From a virus: DNA of 64,000 nt. Below are positions 39,444 through 47,285 of the stretch, in pieces. The first letter of the stretch is position 1; the number at the start of each line of letters is the position of its first letter. Location: UHGV virus genome UHGV-0326727; one strand, 5' to 3'. The notes under the pieces are model-generated. The model was not told the DNA's origin, ran no database searches, and worked only from the letters and a program-made list of their open reading frames with translations. Made by a program: the position numbers and the translations under genes.

Positions 39444-40229
39444 ATGGGTATTGTAAAAATCATCAATGGGGATATCTTCTCCGCATTTGATAAAGGTAAG
39501 TTTGATATTATTGGTCACGGTTGCAACTGTATGAATTTAATGGGTGCAGGTATCGCTGATAAGATTTCTAAACTTTACCCAAAAGCATATGAGACCGATA
39601 CAGAAGTTTATCTGTATGCAGGTGGTATAGGCCACAAACCCTGTGAAAATTTACTAGGCAATTTCTCTGTAGCACGTTTAAAACAAGGACGTATAGCTAA
39701 CCTTTACACTCAGCTTAAGACTGGTAAAGATGCCCGATACAGTGCTTTAGAGTCATCTTTGAAACAGCTTAACAGATACTGTGAAGTTAATCAGTTGAAG
39801 AAAGTTGGGCTACCTATGATTGGTGCAGGTATCGGTGGGCTAGACCCTCAAGCCGTCACCGTTATCATTAATCAGGTGATGAAGAGTGTAGATGTGTATC
39901 TGTATGTCTACGAAGGAGAGATGTACCACAAGTTACGCTCAGGTTGGAAGAACTACTGTGAACCAGAATACTTTGCAGGTGTAGTAGTGTTCACTGATGA
40001 TGCAGTTACCCTCTTCAGACGAAGAAAAGGTAAGATACATCAAAGTAACCCTCCGGTTGAAAAGATGTCTCTAAGTAACGCTCTAGTTACCCACCTGTCG
40101 AAGAGCAATCACAGAATTGCAGTAACATTTGGCAGTGATGCAGATACATATATCTATGCAAGAACTGATGAGGATGTTGAGGAAATTTTCTCTTCACCGG
40201 AAGTAACCTTCTTAGACGCAAAGAACTAA
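39444..40229 (+). CDS. macro-domain-like protein (putative ADP-ribose binding/processing)
   Basis: N-terminus IVKIINGDIFSAF...FDIIGHGCNCMNLMGAGIADKI parallels the macro-domain GDIT...VNAAN..LxGGGGVxxAI signature. Confidence 0.45.
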   Translation: MGIVKIINGDIFSAFDKGKFDIIGHGCNCMNLMGAGIADKISKLYPKAYETDTEVYLYAGGIGHKPCENLLGNFSVARLKQGRIANLYTQLKTGKDARYSALESSLKQLNRYCEVNQLKKVGLPMIGAGIGGLDPQAVTVIINQVMKSVDVYLYVYEGEMYHKLRSGWKNYCEPEYFAGVVVFTDDAVTLFRRRKGKIHQSNPPVEKMSLSNALVTHLSKSNHRIAVTFGSDADTYIYARTDEDVEEIFSSPEVTFLDAKN

Positions 40230-40289
40230 GAAACTCTGTAGAATATTCACAATAGGTTAAGCCTTTCTTATCTGGTAAATTTTTCAGGT

Positions 40290-40500
40290 AAGGAGGGCTT
40301 TTTCATTTCAGGATTGTGCAGGTAGAGTTCTGGACAGAAATCTGTAGAGAAAATTTTGAACTCCAAAGAGAAAATTCATTTTCAAACTGTGCAGGTAATC
40401 TCCAAAGAGCTTTTTCATTTTCAAAACGTGCAGACCCCGCTCAGGTCGGGCAAGAAAAATCATTTTAGAATTGTGCAGGTAGGTGGGTGCAGGTGGGGAT
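40290..40500. repeat. four direct repeats of a 25-bp motif (iteron-like)
   Basis: tcatttcaggattgtgcaggta / tcattttcaaactgtgcaggta / tcattttcaaaacgtgcaga / tcattttagaattgtgcaggta, plus extra gtgcaggtgggg; no ORF. Confidence 0.6.
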
Positions 40501-40657
40501 GTCGCCATTTCTCACAAGGCTACCACATCTGAAAAGAAAAGTCAACAGAAAAATTTGTAGCGGATTGAAAAATAATTCTTGATTGTAGTTCTGTTTTGTG
40601 GTAGTCGCGTGCGCCCGTTTCATTACAGTTTTTGCAAAAATATTTTTAAAATTCCTA

Positions 40658-40686
40658 TTGACTCTTTGAATATGGTTATCTAATAT
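40658..40686 (+). promoter_or_regulatory. sigma70-like promoter for the small-gene array
   Basis: TTGACT, 17-bp spacer, TAATAT. Confidence 0.5.
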
Positions 40687-40736
40687 TTGCATCAGACGGG
40701 CAATCAAGCCCACTTCCTAAACTGGAGAATCAAAAA

Positions 40737-40943
40737 ATGCTTTACAGTCGTGAATTGATGGTTACAACTAACGTTAACACAAAGTTAAAACGTTTTTATA
40801 TGCAAGTGTGCGGCGCATGGCGTAGAATATCAGAAGCTGATTATTGCAACTATGTAGAAACGGCAATCAATTCTAATTGCTACCTTACGAAGAATACAAA
40901 GCGACATATAAAACAGACAGCGGTTTACTATTACGATATATAA
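40737..40943 (+). CDS. hypothetical small protein (array gene 1)
   Basis: ATG preceded by the ...ctaaactggagaatcaaaaaatg leader. Confidence 0.4.
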   Translation: MLYSRELMVTTNVNTKLKRFYMQVCGAWRRISEADYCNYVETAINSNCYLTKNTKRHIKQTAVYYYDI

Positions 40944-41033
40944 AAAGTACTTTACAGGGGGCTTAAAAGCTGATATCTTAAGCCCCAGATAAAGAGCTTT
41001 ACTTAATTAACCCTTAAACTAGGAGATTCAAAA

Positions 41034-41414
41034 ATGGCTTATCGTGCACCTAAATTCATCAACAAAGACAACTTTCGCAACGCACTGGAGAAGTCACTTG
41101 ATGAAAATTTTAAAGGTAACATTATCGTTGTTCACGCATTCAATTTTAAGTATGATGTAAACGGGAATAGAATCAACCATTACACAGCAACCATGTTAGA
41201 TGGTACGCTATCAAGTGAAAAAGCTGTACTGAATGCACTTGCAGGACGTGGTAAAAACCTGATAAGATGCGATAAGAGACGTTATCAGGGTGGCGCATAT
41301 GGTTATGATGATGCTGTTTATCATCTTGAAAATATGGGCTATTCAGTGGAAAAAGCTGGAGTATCTCAAATAATCGGCAGTGACGGCTATGTGACAATTT
41401 TCAAAATTAACTAA
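41034..41414 (+). CDS. hypothetical small protein (array gene 2)
   Basis: Type-1 cassette upstream (hairpin ggggcttaa..ttaagcccc then ccttaaactaggagattcaaaaatg). Confidence 0.45.
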   Translation: MAYRAPKFINKDNFRNALEKSLDENFKGNIIVVHAFNFKYDVNGNRINHYTATMLDGTLSSEKAVLNALAGRGKNLIRCDKRRYQGGAYGYDDAVYHLENMGYSVEKAGVSQIIGSDGYVTIFKIN

Positions 41415-41502
41415 TAAAGTACTTTACAGGGGGCTTATAGTTCGATAAAGTAAGCCCCAGATAAAGAGCTTTACCACTAAATCCTAAATTGGAGATTCAA
41501 AA

Positions 41503-41793
41503 ATGGCTATTATTAAAAACGTTGTAATTCCTGCAAAAACTCGTGATGACGCTCGCATCATGGCGAAAAAGTTAGGCGGGAAAGTGGTTGACAACGGAAA
41601 ACAAACTGCTGTAAGGTGGAACGTGAAGGCGGATAAACAAATGAATTTAAAAAATTCACCAATAAACCTTTTTACATGTGTAAACACTATCGGGAAAACG
41701 AATGTATACACTAAAAAGGCATATATCAGACGCATCGCCATGACGTCACCTATTCGCACAATGAGAAGTCATGCAAAGCTGAAAATTAAGTAA
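41503..41793 (+). CDS. hypothetical small basic protein (array gene 3)
   Basis: Type-1 cassette upstream. Confidence 0.45.
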   Translation: MAIIKNVVIPAKTRDDARIMAKKLGGKVVDNGKQTAVRWNVKADKQMNLKNSPINLFTCVNTIGKTNVYTKKAYIRRIAMTSPIRTMRSHAKLKIK

Positions 41794-41883
41794 TAGAGTA
41801 CTTTACAGGGGGCTTAAAAGCTGATATCTTAAGCCCCAGATAAAGAGCTTTACCACTCAATCCTTAAACTAGGAGATTCAAAA

Positions 41884-42396
41884 ATGAAAACTGTAGACGC
41901 TACCTTTGAAGTTGTAAAAGAAAAATTTTCCATCATTTACGAAGCTGTCAATTGCTACGAAGCAAGCCATAATCTTGATAATTGGAAGTTTACAGATGAC
42001 CATCAAGGCGGTGTGACTATTAAAAACCCCAACTGTCAGCGTAATGGATTTAAATATGCAATTCCTTTACATTACAGCCTTAAACAGCTTTCAATTGACT
42101 ATGCAAAACAAGGCCGGGAAAATCCATCGAAAGAGGCTTACATCAGCTTACAGAAAGAACTAGAAAGAGATTTAGAGGCTTCAGAATATAACATCGCCGC
42201 GAAAGTTGTAGATGCAAACGGTAGCACGGTTTTAGAGAGTTTTTATATTGGTTATGCTTTCGATTGGTGCTACAGTGACGGCGATGATTTAGATGACAGA
42301 CTAAAAGAGGAAGTGAACAACGCAGACGCAGAATCTGAAGTATTAGAACGCTTGGAAGCATTAAAAGATTCAGTGATGAATATCTTTAAGAACTAA
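41884..42396 (+). CDS. hypothetical protein (array gene 4)
   Basis: Type-1 cassette upstream. Confidence 0.45.
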   Translation: MKTVDATFEVVKEKFSIIYEAVNCYEASHNLDNWKFTDDHQGGVTIKNPNCQRNGFKYAIPLHYSLKQLSIDYAKQGRENPSKEAYISLQKELERDLEASEYNIAAKVVDANGSTVLESFYIGYAFDWCYSDGDDLDDRLKEEVNNADAESEVLERLEALKDSVMNIFKN

Positions 42397-42487
42397 ATAG
42401 ACCTCTTTACACGGGGCTAACAAGCGGATATGATAGCCCCAGATAAAGAGATTTATCAAATTAACCCTTAAACTAGGAGATTCAAAA

Positions 42488-42784
42488 ATGAAATTATCAA
42501 ATAAAGTTAGGGAAAACCTTAGCAAATTACTCAACAAAATTGATTTTATAGAGACATCAAGGAATAGTCATGATGTTATGGAATGGTTACACGGCAAAAT
42601 AAAAGGCCGTCGTGTAGTGATTTGCTTATGGAATAGTTGCAGGGAGTATAAAAAGCCTGTATTGCAAATTAATGTTTATGATGATACTTTTAAAAGTCCT
42701 GTAAAGTCTAAAAGCGATTTATTAGAATCCTATGAGATAACTGTAAATGGCAAAGTATCACGTAAAGAGGAAACACCATGTTAA
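42488..42784 (+). CDS. hypothetical small protein (array gene 5)
   Basis: Type-1 cassette variant upstream (hairpin ggggcta..tagcccc). Confidence 0.45.
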   Translation: MKLSNKVRENLSKLLNKIDFIETSRNSHDVMEWLHGKIKGRRVVICLWNSCREYKKPVLQINVYDDTFKSPVKSKSDLLESYEITVNGKVSRKEETPC

Positions 42785-43110
42785 TGACTGGTATCACTGC
42801 AATCATTGCCATTTTCGCGCTATATAAGGCATATAAAGCCTATAATCTAGCAAATAAGGCAATCACACAGCAAGTTAGCAATAACCTTGTAGAGAGCTTT
42901 CTATGGCGTTTAAGTGATGAGCAAATAAAGCGGCTAGAGATGAGCTTCAGATATAAAGCGAAAACCTATCAGATAAGTGACATCTTCAAAGATGATTTCC
43001 AGTTAGTTGATGATTATAATTCTCTGATAAATGCTTTAAACATCAGTGACTTGAAAGACTATCACGCTGTAATTGTTCAAGAATTGAGCAAACGAAAACA
43101 AAGTGTTTGA
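42778..43110 (+). CDS. small membrane protein (array gene 6)
   Basis: Start overlaps upstream stop with GAGGA RBS; N-terminal hydrophobic segment. Confidence 0.4.
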   Translation: MLMTGITAIIAIFALYKAYKAYNLANKAITQQVSNNLVESFLWRLSDEQIKRLEMSFRYKAKTYQISDIFKDDFQLVDDYNSLINALNISDLKDYHAVIVQELSKRKQSV

Positions 43111-43135
43111 CACTGATTTTTAGATAGGTTAAATT
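43107..43135 (+). promoter_or_regulatory. sigma70-like promoter of type-2 cassette
   Basis: TTGACA, 17-bp spacer, TAAATT, followed by 5' UTR hairpin ggggaggggatgaccttcccc and conserved leader. Confidence 0.55.
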
Positions 43136-43201
43136 ACACATCAACGGGGAGGGGATGACCTTCCCCACTAAATAAAGTCCTTAAACTAGGAGATTCTAAA
43201 A

Positions 43202-43360
43202 ATGTTTTGTGCAGGTGATAAAGTTGTCTGGAATGATATAGATGACGGTTTATGTACGAAAGTTGTTGTTATCTTAGAAATTGATTATATCACTGGTGTT
43301 GCAACTGTAGCAGATAATGATATAATCTTTGATGTCTTAATTAGTGAACTGTCAAAATAA
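43202..43360 (+). CDS. hypothetical small protein (52 aa, array gene 7)
   Basis: Type-2 cassette upstream; below track cutoff. Confidence 0.4.
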   Translation: MFCAGDKVVWNDIDDGLCTKVVVILEIDYITGVATVADNDIIFDVLISELSK

Positions 43361-43386
43361 AGTCCTTAAACTAGGAGATTCAAAAA

Positions 43387-43659
43387 ATGTACACTACTAA
43401 CAACGGTCGCACCTTAAACGTAACCCTACGCCACTATGTGAACGGTGTAATGCACTTCGAGGATTTACAAGCTGAACAGCACATTTTGGATTGGCAACTT
43501 GCAGGATTCCAAAAAACTGCTACCGGATACGGGAAAAAGATTCCAACTAGCTGGAAAGTATACTACGAAGGCCGTTTGCGTAGAATTTATCAAGATGTAT
43601 ACAGTAATAGCGCATCAAGTTACATCATAGTAAAAGGTAAAAAGCTGCATTTAGTATAA
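43387..43659 (+). CDS. hypothetical small protein (array gene 8)
   Basis: Minimal leader taaagtccttaaactaggagattcaaaaaatg. Confidence 0.45.
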   Translation: MYTTNNGRTLNVTLRHYVNGVMHFEDLQAEQHILDWQLAGFQKTATGYGKKIPTSWKVYYEGRLRRIYQDVYSNSASSYIIVKGKKLHLV

Positions 43660-43744
43660 AGTACTTTACAAGGGGCTTATAGTTCGATAAAGTAAGCCCC
43701 AGATAAAGAGCTTTACCACTCAATCCTAAATTGGAGATTCTAAA

Positions 43745-44149
43745 ATGGCTATTAATAACCGTGAGTTATCAATCTTAAAAGCACGTTTGACCGTTAACCG
43801 GATTAATGTTATTACATCATCAGCACCGGATGAGACATTGCACAACATTATCGGGAAGATTCAAAGTGTTATCTTAGACGTTGAAAACGTAAAAAACTCA
43901 TTGGCTGACGTTGCAGCAGGTATCACGCTAGACGGTGCACAACATGAGATGTCTGACATGTTAGGCAAATCTAAGGTAATGAATAAAGAGCTTGATTTGA
44001 AAATGTTTCGTTTTGCTGTTAAAGTGTGGCTATCTGTCGAGTATGACGCAAATTTTGCAATCGCTGACTTTTTCGCAACATGGTTACAACGTAATTTAAC
44101 AAATCTTGATTTCCGTGATATCTGTGATGCAATTTACGCAGAACTTTAA
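43745..44149 (+). CDS. hypothetical protein (array gene 9)
   Basis: Type-1 cassette upstream. Confidence 0.45.
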   Translation: MAINNRELSILKARLTVNRINVITSSAPDETLHNIIGKIQSVILDVENVKNSLADVAAGITLDGAQHEMSDMLGKSKVMNKELDLKMFRFAVKVWLSVEYDANFAIADFFATWLQRNLTNLDFRDICDAIYAEL

Positions 44150-44158
44150 AAATTTTTC

Positions 44159-44187
44159 TTGATTTTGGTTTTAAAAGCAAGTAAATT
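44159..44187 (+). promoter_or_regulatory. sigma70-like promoter of type-2 cassette
   Basis: TTGATT, 17-bp spacer, TAAATT, then hairpin ggggagggaatgaccttcccc. Confidence 0.5.
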
Positions 44188-44252
44188 ACTAATCAACGGG
44201 GAGGGAATGACCTTCCCCACTAAGTAAAGTCCTTAAACTAGGAGATTCAAAA

Positions 44253-44456
44253 ATGGCTATTATTAACGGTTTAAACATTGAAACTACTCACATCAAAGAT
44301 ATCAAAGTCGGGGATATAGTCCTTTTTCACGGCGTAGAAAAAACCGTCACTGAAAAGGATATCAAGGAGGACTCATTCATGGGCCGGACTCTCTTCGGTG
44401 ATTCCTATTGCTTAGGTTACCTTGCAGTTTTAAAAGTTGTCAAAAATAATCGTTAA
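44253..44456 (+). CDS. hypothetical small protein (array gene 10)
   Basis: Type-2 cassette upstream. Confidence 0.45.
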   Translation: MAIINGLNIETTHIKDIKVGDIVLFHGVEKTVTEKDIKEDSFMGRTLFGDSYCLGYLAVLKVVKNNR

Positions 44457-44543
44457 AGTACTTTACAAGGGGCTTATAGTTCGATAAAGTAAGCCCCAGA
44501 TAAAGAGCTTTATCACTAAATCCTTAAACTAGGAGATTCAAAA

Positions 44544-45086
44544 ATGAAATGCTTTCACGGTACTACTCAAGAAAACTTTATCAACCTGATTAATAACGGT
44601 GATAAACCATCAGGCGCATGGAATTGTTCGGATATGGACGGCAATTTTTACGTGTATCCAGAAAATAAAATCTATGGCGACGATGAGGAAGAAATAATCT
44701 CTGAAGGTATCCAGCAAGCTTTAGGCAATGCCACTATAACCGCAGCTTTCCAGATGAAAACCCAAAATATTGTTATCTTAGAACTTGATATCCCAGAGGA
44801 TGAGTTGAATGATGATTATTCTTGTGATAATATGTCGAGCGTAGCAAGTTTTACAGAATACTTCGATTTAAATTGGATTAAAAAGGTTTACGTAACCGAG
44901 TTTAATGCAATGTTTTCACCTTTTTGTCTTCCTTCACTGGATAACCCAAATTTAAACTATCTTGAGGAGACATTAGAACTACTTGCTAAAAGTGTTCAAC
45001 AGTCGGACAGTATTCAGGTTTTTTGTGACATCATGGATACACTGACAGGAAACATTACAGAAGAGGATTTAAAGAGCTTTTTATAA
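44544..45086 (+). CDS. hypothetical acidic protein with N-terminal FHGT motif (array gene 11)
   Basis: Type-1 cassette upstream; MKCFHGTTQENF... see findings. Confidence 0.4.
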   Translation: MKCFHGTTQENFINLINNGDKPSGAWNCSDMDGNFYVYPENKIYGDDEEEIISEGIQQALGNATITAAFQMKTQNIVILELDIPEDELNDDYSCDNMSSVASFTEYFDLNWIKKVYVTEFNAMFSPFCLPSLDNPNLNYLEETLELLAKSVQQSDSIQVFCDIMDTLTGNITEEDLKSFL

Positions 45087-45151
45087 TAACCTATACAATC
45101 CCTTATAAATACTGATTAGCCCCTCATAGGGGCTTTTAGGAGGCTTAAATC

Positions 45152-45385
45152 ATGCTTACAACCATTTACCTCATCCTTTCTATTTGTAATGGTCATTCAT
45201 GCGATTTTAAAGGGCTTGAGGAGTTTACAGGGAGTAAAGAAAATGCCGTTCAAGTGTGCCAGATAGCAAGGCAAGACTATCCCGCCAGTGATGATATACA
45301 ATGTTACTTTAAGACAGAAGATGAAGACGGTATCTATTTTGACAGCGTAGATGGTCAATATGAAATTATCATTGAAAAAGACTAG
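45152..45385 (+). CDS. hypothetical small protein (array gene 12)
   Basis: Upstream hairpin agcccctcataggggct and AGGAGG RBS. Confidence 0.4.
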   Translation: MLTTIYLILSICNGHSCDFKGLEEFTGSKENAVQVCQIARQDYPASDDIQCYFKTEDEDGIYFDSVDGQYEIIIEKD

Positions 45386-45474
45386 ACAAGCCTGATAAAA
45401 GTCTGTAAATTGTCAATCAACGGGAGGTAATAACCTCCCCACTAAGTAAAGTCCTTAAACTAGGAGATTCTAAA

Positions 45475-45816
45475 ATGGCTTATGTAACCGTAATTACCGA
45501 TAAAGCTGGCTCATCTTGGTCAACTCAAGTAAGTGATAAGATGTCACCTATGCAGTGCCTAAAATACTTTGAGCAATGGAACAAAGGCGAGAATGTCAGC
45601 CCCTTTCAAGTCATGCAGATTATCCATACAGATAACGAAGGGAATAAAACTGTTTTGAATAGTGAGTACTATGCAACCAGATTCGAAACGAGAAGTAAAG
45701 CAATGAAGCTTTTGCGTGAGTCTGGTTATTCTCATATTGCCTCACTAATCTGGGATGACCTGCTAAAAAATCAGCGTATCAGCTATGTAAAACCTGAAAA
45801 AATATTCATCAGTTAA
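45475..45816 (+). CDS. hypothetical protein (array gene 13)
   Basis: Type-2 cassette upstream. Confidence 0.45.
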   Translation: MAYVTVITDKAGSSWSTQVSDKMSPMQCLKYFEQWNKGENVSPFQVMQIIHTDNEGNKTVLNSEYYATRFETRSKAMKLLRESGYSHIASLIWDDLLKNQRISYVKPEKIFIS

Positions 45817-45848
45817 TCAATAACTTACAAAAAACTTTTTAAAAAGTA

Positions 45849-45877
45849 TTGACAATACCCCTTGACATTGGTAAATT
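45849..45877 (+). promoter_or_regulatory. sigma70-like promoter
   Basis: TTGACA, 17-bp spacer, TAAATT. Confidence 0.5.
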
Positions 45878-45944
45878 TGTTCGAGGGGGTTTATCTAAAA
45901 GGGATTAACTTAAAAGATTCTTTATAGATAAGCTTAAAAAATTG

Positions 45945-45973
45945 CTTGCAATCAGATATCAAAACAAGTAAAT
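45945..45973 (+). promoter_or_regulatory. sigma70-like promoter of type-2 cassette
   Basis: TTGCAA, 17-bp spacer, TAAATT, followed by hairpin gggagggataacctccct. Confidence 0.5.
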
Positions 45974-46037
45974 TACTAATCAACGGGAGGGATAACCTCC
46001 CTACTAAGTAAAGTCCTTAAACTAGGAGATTCAAAAA

Positions 46038-46568
46038 ATGAACAAGTTCAAAGCTATCAACTTCATTCGTTCAAATAGTGTTATGTCAAAGCCTGTTAAA
46101 GATACCTATGAATTTCGTTGCAATGGGGTGCATTTTGCAACCATCACCAAATCAGAAAACGGAGCTTATTACATCCATCGCCGTAATGTTGCAACCGTTG
46201 TTGTCTCTCACTTTATGCAAGCTGTCGCGGAACTTCTCCCGATGTTTTTAGGGCTTTACTTGGATGAGTGTAAAAACGTTCACAATCACGTTAAAAACCT
46301 TTTAAACAGCTATAAAATGGCTTATGAACGTTCTATCAAGTCATTGAACAAGTTTTACAACGCACCTGAAAATACTGTATCAATAGCTTATGGTGTAAGC
46401 GGTGAAATGGTAAACTTATCCAATGTGGAAGAAATCAAGCTGCATGATTTACGCCCTAACGGTTACGCTAAAACCATCGGTGAAGGTTTAACTTTCAATA
46501 TCAAGAACTTAGAAAAAACTTTAAAAGATATTGAAAAAGATATTGACGAGACAATCAAAAGTCTGTAA
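46038..46568 (+). CDS. hypothetical protein (array gene 14)
   Basis: Type-2 cassette upstream. Confidence 0.45.
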   Translation: MNKFKAINFIRSNSVMSKPVKDTYEFRCNGVHFATITKSENGAYYIHRRNVATVVVSHFMQAVAELLPMFLGLYLDECKNVHNHVKNLLNSYKMAYERSIKSLNKFYNAPENTVSIAYGVSGEMVNLSNVEEIKLHDLRPNGYAKTIGEGLTFNIKNLEKTLKDIEKDIDETIKSL

Positions 46569-46634
46569 ATTGTCAATCAACGGGGAGGGAATGGCCTTCC
46601 CCACTAAATAAAGTCCTAAACTGGAGTTATCAAG

Positions 46635-46898
46635 ATGGAAAACGTCGAACTGACCACACTTTTACAAATTGCAACCGACAAAGAGGATGTAGCATTATTC
46701 CACCGTATCGAAAGTGATTTGTTCAATGGTGAAATCATTAAAGAATCTTACGAAGTGGTCGGATTCAAAGATGGTAAAACATTTGGATTCTTTGACCTCG
46801 ACAAAGGCAACGCTATTACAAAGTATGATGTTTTATCTTGTGAGATTCTGACAAAATACAACGAAAAAAGACTTGCAACATACGCCAACATGCAGTAA
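46635..46898 (+). CDS. hypothetical small protein (array gene 15)
   Basis: Type-2 cassette variant upstream. Confidence 0.45.
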   Translation: MENVELTTLLQIATDKEDVALFHRIESDLFNGEIIKESYEVVGFKDGKTFGFFDLDKGNAITKYDVLSCEILTKYNEKRLATYANMQ

Positions 46899-46974
46899 AT
46901 TACTAATCAACGGGAGGGATGACCTCCCTACTAAATAAAGTCCTTAAACTACTTCCTAAACTGGAGATTCTAAA

Positions 46975-47223
46975 ATGGCAACTATCCGCGCAATTGTAAA
47001 TTCTTATGGCTGCTACACTCTGGACGTTAAATTTGATATCGGTGGGACTGATGAGTGTTTCGAACTGGTGAAGACAGTCATTAAACAAGTTATCCCAGAC
47101 TATAACCCTACTGATGACTTCTGGAAAGATGCCGTAAAAGAGGCGTTGAACGATGAATATCATTACCATTATTGGGGTGACTTGATTGTCTCACTGTACT
47201 ACAATAAACAAGGTTGCAACTAA
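46975..47223 (+). CDS. hypothetical small protein (array gene 16)
   Basis: Type-2 cassette upstream; last gene before terminator. Confidence 0.45.
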   Translation: MATIRAIVNSYGCYTLDVKFDIGGTDECFELVKTVIKQVIPDYNPTDDFWKDAVKEALNDEYHYHYWGDLIVSLYYNKQGCN

Positions 47224-47260
47224 TCGACGCAACGGGGCAAATAGCCCCAGATACCTTTAC

Positions 47261-47284
47261 AGCCCCTTAAATGGGGCTTTTTTA
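47261..47284 (+). terminator. rho-independent terminator ending the plus-strand array
   Basis: agccccttaaatggggct hairpin followed by TTTTTT. Confidence 0.65.
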
Positions 47285-47285
47285 C

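Noticed and set aside
40308-40713. Minus-strand ORFs 40308-40508 and 40465-40713
   Set aside because: They lie within the iteron-like repeat and promoter region, lack an RBS, and have translations dominated by repeat sequence.
41034-47223. T4-type MotA-box middle promoters in type-1 cassettes (GCTTTA about 12 bp upstream of TAAACT)
   Set aside because: The resemblance is to a short degenerate consensus only; no MotA/AsiA-like genes are recognisable here and the replication genes are not T4-like, so the similarity is treated as coincidental.
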